Shown piece after piece: positions 26,111 through 39,489 of a DNA stretch of 64,000 nucleotides. The stretch covers positions 682,001-746,000 of the forward strand of contig NOWV01000001.1 of assembly GCA_003344405.1 (NCBI GenBank), written 5' to 3'. This DNA comes from Trichoplax sp. H2. Its lineage: Eukaryota. The notes beneath the pieces were generated by a model that saw only the letters and a program-made list of their open reading frames with translations, was not told the DNA's origin and did not search any database. The translations under genes and the position numbers were made by a program. Position 1 is the stretch's first letter. Each line of letters opens with the position of its first letter.

Positions 26111-27749
26111 ATACCAGATTGAAAGTTGCTTTAATTTCTCCGTTGATGGAGGAGAACATGAAATGAGAAAAAATGTTCGACTGGTTTATGATTGCAGTCG
26201 TAATTTTTATTTTTATTCAATTCATACTGCTGTAAAATGACACAAGAACGGCGATGTACGAGTATAATAAAATAAATAAGTATTATTTTTCATTTCATTC
26301 AAATTTTTATTTACTGTGAGTTGATATTGATCAGGAAGATATTTTCAATCAGTTAAATTAACTGAATATACGAAGCTATTCATCCATGTTACAAGTAATT
26401 TCTTTATACGATGTCCTAGTATATACGCACAAATTATCTATTCTTAGTATCTGCACAGTCAATTTTTAAATTCAATTCTCGCTCTCCCTTATACATGCGC
26501 ATCGTATATACGGGTATATGCTGTATGAGTGCCAATCGATGTCGTTTATTTTGATAAATGGTTAGTAATGAATTTATACGGAGGTTAATCCCGGCCCGAA
26601 ATATTAATCTAGATTACAATACTCTGCTAACTGTACCCGCAAGTCTAGAGATAATAATTACAATTTGTAATTACTGGTTACAAACGAGTGAGATGTAAGC
26701 TAGTGATATAGTATATTTAATAATAAATACAATATACTGTATATATGAAAAGTGCACTTGTTCCGTAACATGTATATTATATAATATACTGTAAATTAAA
26801 CTAATTCAGAATTATTGCTATTAATCAGCATACCAAATACTAGTGAGGCATCGCTTAAATTTACCATATTTTATAATTCATTATCCATAAGGATTGTAAT
26901 ATTAGTTAAGGATAAATACTATGTATTTTTACACGAATTTTTGGCTAACGATTATAACATCAACTGAGTCATATTTTACTCTTGAGAAGAGCACAGAAAT
27001 TCTGTATTCGTGAATTAAGCCAGGATGGCGTAAAATATGCTGTTGCGTAATGAATTGAAGGGTAGATTCAATAACTATCCTAGGCAATAAGGAAAAAATT
27101 AGGGATTTCTCAAAACAGGTACTGTATACAGTACACTAAATGGTACGATATGCAGACGCGTAAAGATAGCTACTTATAATTAATAGATTCCATGGTACTA
27201 CCATAGAACTTAGAAGAAGGCCTGGTCCGGGGTCGAAAGCCTTCATTTTCCGTCAAATTTATAGTAAAAGGGACGATGGATATCCTTTGATTTTTAACGT
27301 ATTTCTACTAGAAAATTTACCATTTTAACGTTCAAGCTGTACTGCTTTTGTGATTGTATTTTAATCTTGGCTAATATGGTAGTCTCATAACTGATTTGAT
27401 ATGGTAAGCTCCATATTAACGCTTAAAATTAAAAGCATGATCGAGGTTTCTTTAATTAGCAAGAGCAGTTTATCAGGTTCCTCTCAATCAAATTTTATAA
27501 AGATTGACTTTAGCTTTTCATGTGTTTTTATAAGCCTCCTCATTCCTCTATCCTCAAGGAAGAAATTCTGTATGAGTCGTCCTTTCCTTCCAGTAGTCCA
27601 TGACTGTACCGTACTGTACGCGTGCGTAGCGAATTTAATACTAATAGTACTGTAGTTGTGCCCCATAGCTAGGACCCCTTTCTTTATTTATTGAGGTAGG
27701 AAAGGGATCGACTTTCCTTTGGCTTTTCGAACCGCTCGGAAAATCCAAC

Positions 27750-29709
27750 ATGTCTCTTGCTCGTACTGTAATTAAGACGGCCATGGCGCCAGGGGCTATA
27801 GGTCCATACAGGTAATATGAGATAATGTAAAATCCATGTTTGATGACAGATGTTAATTAATAGCCGTGTTGACGAGTATTTCATTGTAAACAAATTTATT
27901 CTTCTGCAGTCAAGCCCTCAAGGTGGGTAATACCTTGTATCTTTCTGGCCAAATTGGATTATCACCTGAGGTACGTGACATTGTGCTACAAAGTCAAGGA
28001 AATTCCCAGTATACTATCAATTGGAGTTCATAGACGATAGATTCTTATACTTCGATTGTGACTAGATGACTACCTAGCAGGAATGTTGCTAATGAAAATG
28101 GCAGCTTTTTCCGTTTCTAAATTTCGTGTTATGCTTATTTTTACAGAGTAACGAATTTGCTGGACCGGATGTAGAAGCACAAACAAATCAAGTTAGTGCA
28201 TGACTGCAATTATAATTATTAACAGCGCAGTGAAAGCTAAGCAGAGCTTTCTTTTTAAAATTGCAATTGATAATGAAAGTATCATGATAATCATGCTGTA
28301 GAGTGAGTAGTACAATTATTATTAAATAATTAAAATCATTCGTACTGAGACAGTATCTAATACCCTTTTACATACCGTAGCACGCTTCCGTAGGCAAATT
28401 TCGTTAAATTGAATACATAATGTGCGTTTTATAAATCGATTATAATATAATTGAATAAACTGCAATACTAATAAAACGGAATTTGAAAACCACCGTTTAC
28501 CGCTTGCAGCTTGCAATATCGTCCGTTTAACTGAATCCCATTTCACCTTTCTATTGCAGGCTTTACAAAACATTCGTGCAGTGTTGAAGGAAGCAGGATC
28601 TTCATTCAAAGACGGTTAGCTATGCTGTTATGAAATTTTGCTACTAATACTTTACATCCAACGACGTAATAAAGTACAGTTTGGATGCGGTTAATTAAAC
28701 AAAATCTGAAATGTTGCGGAGAGCACATACTATGTATATACATACGACATGTGTAAATATATGTGTAAAATGACGTATATTAATAAAAGTACTCTGGCAT
28801 TTTAGTTAAGTCAAGTTGCTAGACAGAAGACTATCTCGTAACCATGTTTATTATAGTGTTATATAGTAAAGCACCCTTTCTGAATACGTTCACTTAGATT
28901 TACTGTAGGTATCGATTATCTGTTACATTTAATGAGACAATGAGTGTTTCTAGTATTAAATAGACTTATTGATAAAAAAACGGGTAGATATTAATTCAGA
29001 GTTAATACAGTTGGATGTTGCATTAATGATAATTCTTATTGAATTACAGTTGTCAAAACAACTATCCTGCTTGCGGACATAAATGATTTCGCGACGGTAA
29101 ACAAAATTTATGCCCAATGTAAGTTATTACTTTAATGTTAAATGAATTCAGCTAATAATGTTGCACTTAGTTACAAAAAGCTTAGCAATTTATTGCTATT
29201 TTCTCCTCATAGTACATATTCTGTGGCTAACTTTATATACATGTGGTTTTGTACTGTCCGCTAATGATGTAGCTTTAAAAAACTGTTTTAATACTGTACT
29301 GTATATCTTATAGGCTAGAAACAGTAACACAAGTTTTTCTTAAGATACCTTGTTTCATATGTATATTTAGTTGTATTAAATTTACAGTAGTTAATTATAT
29401 GATGTCGTTTCAATTTAAAATTTTAACACTGACATTGTAACATCTATAGATTTCTCTGAACCTTATCCTGCTCGTGCAGCTTATGAATGTTCAAAATTAC
29501 CGAAGGTATATGTCTAAGTGACTACTAAGTACGATAGCATTCTATTAGAAAGCGAAGAAACAAATAATTTTTGGAGCTCTGAAGATTCACAATTCATTCT
29601 ATTAGTCGAATGATTTTAGGAAATGATTCAAACATCCGTTTATTTATTTACTGTATTATAGCTTGCTAGGATTGAAATAGAAGCAATTGCGGTTCTTGAC
29701 CAAGTGTAA
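27750..29709 (+). CDS. RIDA: RidA/YjgF/UK114 enamine-imine deaminase, copy 2
   Basis: 7 exons with the same intron positions as copy 1: MSLARTVIKTAMAPGAIGPYS/QALKVGNTLYLSGQIGLSPE/SNEFAGPDVEAQTNQ/ALQNIRAVLKEAGSSFKD/VVKTTILLADINDFATVNKIYAQ/YFSEPYPARAAYECSKLPK/LARIEIEAIAVLDQV*. Confidence 0.94.
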
Positions 29710-30036
29710 GATAAGGAATTGTTGGACAGCGCGGTCTGATTGGTAGCACTTTGGGATTATGAAATAAAGCATTCCTTACCATAATGTCACGTAAATCATT
29801 AACATACGTAAAATATTTAGGGAATAGTGACATAAGCTATATTAACGTAATCCAAAAAGTAAAATGTTAAAGATTATGGTAATATAAGCGTCTGTGTTTC
29901 TTATAAGAATCGCTTCAATAAACGTCCGATTATCAAGATCTAACATAATTGCTACACCAACTGATTAATTCATAATAAAAAGACTTCAAAATTGAGCTAT
30001 GTGCTTCTCCTTCATGAAATTTGAGCACAAGTTACT

Positions 30037-33000
30037 TCACTTCAGAGAAGCCGGGCGCAACTGGAATAGAGTTTCAATGATTGACGAATCTGCCATTGTA
30101 GAAATATCACCCAATTGGTGATCATTACGAGCAATCTTTCTCAAAACGCGGCGCATAATCTTTCCCGAACGAGTTTTAGGTAATCCAGGGGCATCTTGAA
30201 TGTAATCCGGTACAGCGATAGACCCAATCTTTTGTCGTACTAAAAAGAAATGAAAGCACCGATTAAATATATAAAACAACAGTAATACAGTACATTGTTG
30301 GTATAAGTATACCAGTATAGCTATTACGCGTGAGAAAGGGAAGACGCTTAATATTTAACAAAATTATGATATTATCTAACTGTGTTACAAAATAATTCAC
30401 TTTCTAAGTCAAAATTTGATGTAATGATTATTAGCTCTATGTATTTTATACCTTGTTGCTTAAGTTGAACGACTACTTCATCACTAAATTCAGCTCCCTA
30501 TTTAATAAAATAGATTGTATTAACAGGCATAAGTGTTCGATCTTGGGAAATGTTACAAGATTTTAGATGCCACTAATAATTTACCGAAGTAGGCAAGACA
30601 AACCTTTATTAGGGTTAGAAATGCGTATAAGCATTGACCTTTGATTTCGTGTGGATAAGAAACCTGGAAGTAATTAAAGTAATACGACATCACCATATAT
30701 GCGGTAGGGTGCACTTATAAGATGAAGCAGGAGACATTAAGTATGCTTAAACATACCACAGCAGCTTCTGCTACGAGATCGTGCTCAATTAATGCACTTT
30801 CAACTTGAGCAGTGCTTGTTAAGTGACCAGATACATTAATACAATCATCAATACGTCCAGTAATCCAAAAATATCCATCCTTATCTCTAAAGCAACCTAG
30901 GTCACAATTACAATATACAGTAGTATTACTCAAACTTTCACACTTATCGATGGGTAAATTACAAATACAATAGTATCAATAGCGAAAAGTTATATGTAAA
31001 ACATTAAGAAATAGAATGTACCATCGCCAGTGCAATAATATCCATCAAATTTTCCAAAATATGTATTTTCATAGCGCTCATGGTCACCGTAAACTGTACG
31101 CATGGTACTTGGCCATGCCTGGCTAATAGCCTATATGAAACAAATTTATTAACATCTTAATATGTCGTTACCAACTACAAGTAGACTTGAATAGGGATAT
31201 ACAAACCAGATATCCTTCACTCTGCCCTTGTACTTCATTGCCATCTTCATTTAAAACGACCGGCTTGATACCAAAGAATGGGAAACACTAACAAGATAAT
31301 TTTACATCCCTTTGAATATATTCTTGAGTCAACAGTAATAGTGCAATGATGACACAAGAATTGTCAGTTGATATTTTATAAAATGATCACCTACCACAGA
31401 TCCAGGCTTCATGGGTGTACAACCTGGAAGTGGGGTAAGAACATGCCCACCTGTTTCGGTCTGCCAAAAGGTATCAGAAATAGAGCATTCTCCATTACCA
31501 ATAACTTCGTAATAGAAACGCCAAGCTTCCGGATTAAGAGGTTCTCCCACAGATCCAAGCACCTTTAATGTCTTACGACTGTACCTAAAATGAATCGAAT
31601 GGTTGCAATCAGTAGTATCACTTTTGAAAACATGAAGCATTGAAAATAGTTACAGTACTTTTTCACATAATCAGGACCAAATCTCATGAGGGAACGAATT
31701 GCTGTTGGAGCAGTATAAAATTTAGAAACTTTATACTTGTCTACAATATCCCAGTAGCGACCAGCATCTGGGTATACGGGCAATCCTTCAAACTATGAAA
31801 TAATATGTTCTTCAGTTGTCATACTATGATAGCACAGTTAAAAATAAAGACTACTGACCACAATACTTGGGGCACCGTTAGCGAGAGGGCCATAAACGAC
31901 GTAACTATGTCCAGTAATCCAACCAACATCAGCAGTACAGAAATAGACATCTCCATGATGATAATCAAATGAATATCTACAGGAATTTTGTAATACCAAC
32001 GGTTATTGGAAATACACATAGGAAATTATTCTTAAATTAGAGTTCAATTCTAACAGATTTACTAACTTAAATGTTGTCGCAGCATATAAAAGGTAACCGG
32101 CTTGAGTATGAACAACTCCCTTAGGTTTACCAGTCGATCCACTGAAACGTAAATTACAAATGTATAACGATTTTGGTTTCAAACATCACAGCTTTAACTA
32201 GTGTATGGAGTAAAAGATTACCTAGTATATAAAAGAAATAAAGGATCTTCGGCATCGAGCCACTCAGGTTCGCATTCATCTGAAACATTGGCAACTTCTT
32301 CATGCCACCAACAATCTAATTCTTCATTCCATCCGATCTACGTTCAAGCAATTGATAAGTCTTACCATTAACAACCCAAATTGTAATTATGTGATTATAA
32401 CATCTTTGCATTTGCACTCACAGCCACATTTGATGGTCGTTTTGGTGGTTCCTGAGGTCCTTTTTTGTCTAAATCCTCTAACAAATGTCTGACAACTATG
32501 CAGCATTTTAACGAGTAATTCCTAAAATATCGGTGGACAAGAAAGTAAAGCATTAATTTAATCTTCAATAAAGCTTTAACTCTAACAATACCAACTTACC
32601 TATCTTTCAGAATTTGGAAAGCCTGATCAGCAATACTCTTCAGTTCTATTAATTTCTTCCCTCTGTATAAACCGTCTGCAAGAAACCAACTTACAATTTT
32701 AGCGGAGCAGTACTTACGTCTTGCTTACTAGCATTTGACAATTAACTGACCTGCAGTGACAAGGAGACAACATTTCGAATCCAGTATTCTATCAACTAGT
32801 GATTCCGCTGAAAATCCACCAAACTGGAATATACAAATACAAAATAAGACTAAATTTCGTAAAAATTTCGTATACTGTACAGGCTATCATAACAATACAC
32901 TACTGCATATAACATATACGACATTATAGAGATATTCATGCTAAATCGCATAATGTAACTAAGCCGTGCTAAAGATTTCACTAACCACAACAGAGTGTGG

Positions 33001-35016
33001 TGCACCAATTCTTGCACATGCCAAGACAGCTATTGGTAGTTCAAGTATCATGGGCATATAGATAGCAACGTGGTCACCTTTCTTGACACCTGAATTATGG
33101 AAGTTTGTGATATTTATTTATGACACAACGACATGCTTGTTTAACATTGCGGTAGCATTAATAATTAAATAGCTTAATAATATGATATCGCTAATTCTTA
33201 AAACTTTCGATTATAGTACCTTTAGCCTTTAGAACGTTGGCAAATTGGCAAACTCGGCGTTTTAGCTCACTATAGGTAACCTTAGAGTCGTCACCTGGTT
33301 CGTTTCCTTCCCTACATACGGTATATGGGTAATAGATAAATAAGTTGTGAAGGAGTGATGTACATCGTCAAAGTCATGTGTGGATACTCAATTTCTGACA
33401 TCCATGCGATAATCTGCGCATTTGGATTAGGCCGTGATGAATATTAGATTGCAGTAAAAGAGTACATAAAATCTACGATTATATTACAGTGAAAGCATAC
33501 GCAGTTGATGTTAAGATAATCAAGTCCGAAGTGGTGTACTGCTCGGTTGGAAATGAATTCTGATCACTACTCGATATCTCAATGAAAAAGTCAGTGACTG
33601 AGGTTAGCAGATGAGGCATTTACTCGTATGTACGCGTACGCTTTTACTTATATTTAGAAAAAATATACAGCTAAAAATGCAAATATTGCATAAACGCAGT
33701 TGCAATAATAACAATTGACTATAAAAATGATTTATAACGACTATGATAGCATATTAATATATGTATATCGCAATAATTTGTACGCTAATTTTGTACACGT
33801 GGAACAAACAATTTTCTATATATAAACCTGATCGTTCACGTTAAGTCTAAAATAAACAGGATTTCGGCTTAACAGTTTATATTCAGTGTTACGGTGTGGC
33901 GATTGGCTATTATTTATTATCATTATAAGTTGGGTCGAAAAGCACGGAGTAAGAGTTAAATTGCTATTTTCCAGTACCGTTTAAGCACTACAGGAGTGTT
34001 TTTTAGTACTAGTTTAATTTTAATTGATTTGAATACCGTAGTCGAAATTAAGCTGGAGGTAAATTAATTAATAGTTAGCAAATGATCTAGTAGTAAAAGT
34101 CAGCTACTAAGGTGATTATAATTTGCAATTTTATACCTTGTCATGGAAATCGTCACGATTTAACAAGAGTATAGGATAGCTTATTTAGATTCGAAATGAT
34201 ATTGTGTTTCAATCGTCATGCAATTACAAGGTTGTTAATTGCTAATATGCACAGTTACTGCAGTGGTTTCGTCCATTGGTAGGATGGATCGCGAGAATAC
34301 TACCATATTATTGCAATAGTCCCTGTACTATAGATACTACATGTGGAGTGATATCGTTCTATGAACTTATATCCTTGTTATATCATTGTAAATAGTAACT
34401 AATTGTATCGGATGCATGGCTTAAGTTTAACAACTCTATCTATTATGCCCAGTATGGATAGTTAATCCGATAGTGCTACAGTAGGGCATAGCTACACTAT
34501 AGAGCTAAAAATGCAGGACTACTTTGTGGATGATTTTGGCGACGGCACGTTGCTTACGCAATGCAAAGATGATCATCAAGCATAGTTGAGAGGTGAGTTG
34601 GTTAATAAATAATACTAAACAACTACTCTATGTAATGCAAGATTGCATACTACTTAAGCAACGTATTTAGATAGTGATGATTACCAGTAGAAAGCAACGT
34701 TATCACCAAGGCCATTTTCAATATTGCGATCAATAACATTATAACAGACGTTGGTTTTGATACCCTCCATAAACTTGATGAAAATTCTGCCGTTACTTTT
34801 ACTAAAGTTGTAATCGAATACTCTGCCTTCTGGTGCACCTTTCCAATAGAATTGTTTAGCTATATCGCCCCAAAAAGCAACTGGATCGTTGATACTCCTA
34901 TCATACATCTTACGATATTCCTCCATGCTCTTAACATGAGCTTCAGCAACAACTCTTGGACTTGGAGGATAAACCGGTCCCAAGGCTGATTTTTCAATAT
35001 CTGCAATGTCTACCAT
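30037..35016 (-). CDS. ACSS2: Acetyl-CoA synthetase, cytosolic ACSS2 type (multi-exon)
   Basis: [12 protein letters not shown]...YNF...[17 protein letters not shown]...LGDNVAFYW (ACSS2-type N-terminus), [88 protein letters not shown]. Confidence 0.96.
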
Positions 35017-36744
35017 GTTGAATCTTGACGATTATTCCAACAATGATAAAATGATCGCTATAACTGAAAGGATTTCGGCGTTTACCTAGCAACTGATTCC
35101 GTCCAATGAATCAAACCAATGTTAGCAAAGTTGGATTCGACTCCTACTATAAAAGTAGCAAAACTACTTCCTACTGCACCTACCTCACGTCCAGAGCCAG
35201 CAACAACAGATCGCCCTTTGCGCTTTGGCACTTCGCGCGAGGAAGAAGTATCGAGTGTGGAGTTGCATAGTACAGTACTGTAAACTGTACTGTACACTGT
35301 AAATTACAGTACATCCTATTGTAGTACCGCCGTCCTAGGAATTGTCAATGGTATCCAATCCAGTAAACAGCTTGATCTTTTTCGTTTCCAATTCTTTAAT
35401 ATGAAGTTCAACACTTAAGTATTAACCAATGCAACATAATATATATACATCAATGGCCATGAGAGCTTACTGTTTCCACATATTGAAAATTGACCGGATT
35501 TCGTGAAAAAAATGCCCGTATATACTGTAATATGTGCTGATTGATCGGATTGGAAAAGGATCATACTGGACTGCGCCAGTATATCGTAGAAGAAAACAAG
35601 TGTCGTCCATGCATACAGTATATACTAGTCCACATCGAAGTTCCGATTGAGGTCGATAAACCATATTGGGCGTATGTGGTACGAGTACTGTATATGTGTA
35701 CAGGCAGACTGTAAACAAATAAATACTAAATAAATAATGTATAACCCATATAACCAATACTGGCTACTGTAGTGTTATTATGATCTATAGCGTTGTCCAT
35801 GTGGGCATGGCCAGGGACGTGTTCATCACTCCATGCATGCAGAGTACATAGTGCAGTACATCCAGTTACGGACTAGTAGGCAGAGGAAAAGAAAGACGGA
35901 AACTTGGTGTTGACTGGACTAGAGAGGGCGCGGCCGACATTGCTGGTCATTTTACAGCAAGTGTGCAGTGCGCTATATCTGTAATACTATACATTACAGT
36001 ACCTCAGTTATGAACTCGAAAGGTACTTTAATAGTCCATGCCTCTATCTAGATCTATGAATTTTCTTCTAGCGGTCTATGGTTTGACTTTTATACCTGCA
36101 ATATTTTGCAGACCCTAGGAAAACGTTTCCAAGGGTTTTCTTTAGTGGTTATTGTGCAATGTGTACAGTACTACGGTAAATGTGACAGCTTCTTTGCACT
36201 GGACTCAGTCGTGTGTCCAAACTTGAACTATGCCAACGATAAATTACAGGTTCTCAGCATGTAAATGCAGAGGAACTAACAGGAAAGAAAGAGAGCATCC
36301 GTCAGTGCAAAATAATGTCAAGGCCTATCATTTTTCCGGTCATTCTACTATATGGTGCAGCAATGAAACCGTATATCATACTGTACACTGTACAGAACCA
36401 GCTTAGCAGCCTATTAGCAGCTAATTTGCATGTCAACCGCAGACAGGGTAGTGTTCCGTTACAGACATGCAATACCGCTGAGATGGCCCCAAAATAATCG
36501 GCTTGCACATTATTAGTATTGTCAACGATCGCTTTACGTCCCGGGGCCTCTTTTTTTTCTTTCTTTCTTGTGCAGTAGTCCTTAGTAGTCTCTGGTAAAG
36601 GATGCTTTCTCACCTGTTCACGTCGACATCACGTTTTTAGTCTTCTTAAAACAGTTTGAAACTGACAAGTCCCAACATTGTGCAACTTGTGGGCCATGAA
36701 TGCAGCTGTTGCATACGCAATGTCACGGCTGGAATGCTGTAAAC

Positions 36745-37335
36745 ACAGTGTACTGTATGTGACAGCCGGTGTACTGTACTATATACTGTAGAAATATACT
36801 GTACCTCGGGCGGACGGACTTTTCAGACCAGATGCGGGCGAAAATGTTTAAAAAGAATTACTCAGTATGGATCTGCCGTGTCTGTTTTCTAAATCATTGG
36901 TATTAATTTGAAGAACATTGATGATCTAAAGTGACCGCTTTCAAGCAGAGCTTAGCAACAGGCAATAGAATACAATATTGTATTACTTAATTTAGAAAAA
37001 ATCAGTCAATTCAGAATCGACTGTCTGAATACTAAAGTTACTCCCATAATGAAGTGTTTGACACAATTTGTTGACCAAAGTTGGCCCAATATCCGTCCGT
37101 CCAAAACAGTGTCCACTCTTACTATACTGTACAGTACTGTACGCTACAGTACTTCACACTGTGCACTGTACACTACAGTACGATGGACTGTCGCCAAAAG
37201 TCAGCCTGAAGTAATATTTGGCGCAAAAAGAGCCCGAAGCGAAGGCAAGTTTCAAAAAATTTTTCTTTCATTCTGCTCTTGATGAAGTGAATCCTATTTT
37301 ACACTCTGCTATTTTACAACATCAACCTGAAGTAA
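36745..37335 (+). promoter_or_regulatory. Putative ATAD2 promoter and non-coding first exon with E2F-like and CHR-like sites
   Basis: ACTGT clusters at 36745-36805 and 37120-37185; TTTGGCGC at 37217-37224; TCGCCAAA at 37191; TTCAAA at 37251. A candidate donor GTAAGC at 37332 could pair with the acceptor tttcctttag ~40 nt before the ATAD2 ATG. Confidence 0.4.
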
Positions 37336-39489
37336 GCCCATTCATTTTTAAAGCACAAAGCAAGTGGTGACTTGTTGTTCCTATCATTAGAAGGAAATTA
37401 TTAACGGATGATTTAAGTTGATTTCGGCCATCGTAGACTCGTCGTACTAGTATATGGACTGGAAATAGTATACAACAAGGAGAAGGTACGTGTGTGGCTA
37501 GAACAACACAGTGCTCTCCATTTGAAATGCGGTGGAGAGAGAACAGTACACTGTCTCCCCCGATTCCTTTGCTGTACTATAGGCAATAGACTGCAATCCA
37601 CAATCGAACCCTGCGACATACTCGTACAGTACACCCAAGACCCCCCCCCCCCTCAATGGAGTGGGATTGAAAAGTTGCCATCATCCATCTTGTCCATCAA
37701 CATATTCAATTGCAGTATCCCTTTACATTTAATGTACAGTAGAGAGAGAGAGTAGCTTAACCAGGTAATAGTAGCCTGTGCTATTTTACGGTAAATCGAT
37801 ATACGATGTTGTTGTGCTTATTGCTAGTGAAGAAAGTTCTTATTCAAAGTCAGTCAACACGGTGGAAGCCATCATCAGTGCGAGCCGGTAGACACCTATT
37901 TCTAGTATTGATATAACTAAGTGGACCGTTGGTGTTATAGCTCAAATAGATCATAATGTCGTAATATTCAATGTAAAATTCTTCTCATCAGCCACTCATG
38001 TATAGTATGATACTTGAATGGAAAATGAAAAGCAAATAATGGCGTCAGTAAGGTGGCGTAATACTGTAGAAAAGAAACTGAATGATGCAAGGTATGCAAC
38101 ATGCATCATTCTGTATGGTATACTGTAGGATAATGTGGAGTGGATAGTTGGACACGACAAAGTAATTCATTGCAGCAACTGGATAGTTTGACATGGCCCA
38201 TATGAATTTTCCCTTCATATTATACACTGTATTCCTAGGGTAAAAGACTTTGACAAATCGCTTACAATCATTTGACGATCAAATGTTTTGAGCTCATATA
38301 ACAATATACTGACCGGATAGAACGATGAACACCAGACACCGTAGAGAAATTTTCTCCACTATGTTGCTTGCATACCACACATACATTTGACTGTACCACT
38401 TTGATATACAGTACGCGTACGTGGAGATTGATTATGTTATGCTGGTGCAATGGATTTACAAGATAGCTATGTGTATTGGGCTTTAACAAGTCCATTCAAT
38501 AGTGATGGACAAGGCATTTTATATATAATTGCTCAAGTTTCATTCAAAGCCTGACAAATCTGAATGGCAACAACGATCCATGTCGACGACCTCATTTTGC
38601 AGTACAGTGCTATCAATCGGCATTACCATTACTACAAAATCGCGATAGAATTAAAATAGTTATAGAGTGTACTATCATAGTGATGCGATACTTTGCAACA
38701 GGATTGAAAGCTCTGGCATCCTACTTAGCAAAAATAAGCAGATCGATTTAGGGTATACGTTGTTTGTCTCCATTTTACTGCACTCGAACTTTATGCAGTT
38801 TCACTTATCAAGTAATAATTATTATACTGTAATTCCTTACAAATATCATAAATGTCCTTGGAAACAAGAATTCCAGCTTCCGCTGATACCTGACATTACT
38901 CTATGCAACACGTTATAGGCTATTGCGCGCATAGTTCGACGTTATCGTACTAGACACAAACGAGTGTAAAGTGCACTGTTTCCCTTGACAGACCTCACTA
39001 CATCATCATAAAAAATTATTATCCATTTTTGACATTTCACGTAATAAAGCTCCAGATAACTCTAATTATAGCACTTTGGTATCGGCCTCAAATTTTTAGC
39101 GCTTCATAAATAGAATGCAGTATTCTATTTTTAGGCATCATTGATGGAAGAGGAGTGCAAGCATATTGTATTTCACACATTACGTAATTTCTCATTGCAA
39201 AATAATAATTTATAAAGCGATGTATTTACAGTATTGAAGTACTTGCAGTATACTGTGTTATATCTCTATGGCATCAATTACAATTTACTATATCCAATGC
39301 TAAATTCTAGAAAAGTTCGTGTTATCTTGATGCTTATCAACACAAAATATTTATACACGGTGCAGCAGCAGTGAAACAATGATAATTAATAGATGGCTAT
39401 TTAACCGTCGATTAACTAACTTAAAAATGATTTGATTTTTTCCTTTAGATTGAAAGGAAACTTATTCAAAAACTGGTATTAAATCAGTC

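Noticed and set aside
35082-38918. Several 60-100 aa ORFs between ACSS2 and ATAD2
   Set aside because: Many are translations of ACTGT repeats (YSTV, TVLY). No consistent exon chain, domain or transposase motif was found; a decayed element at ~37800-38650 cannot be excluded.
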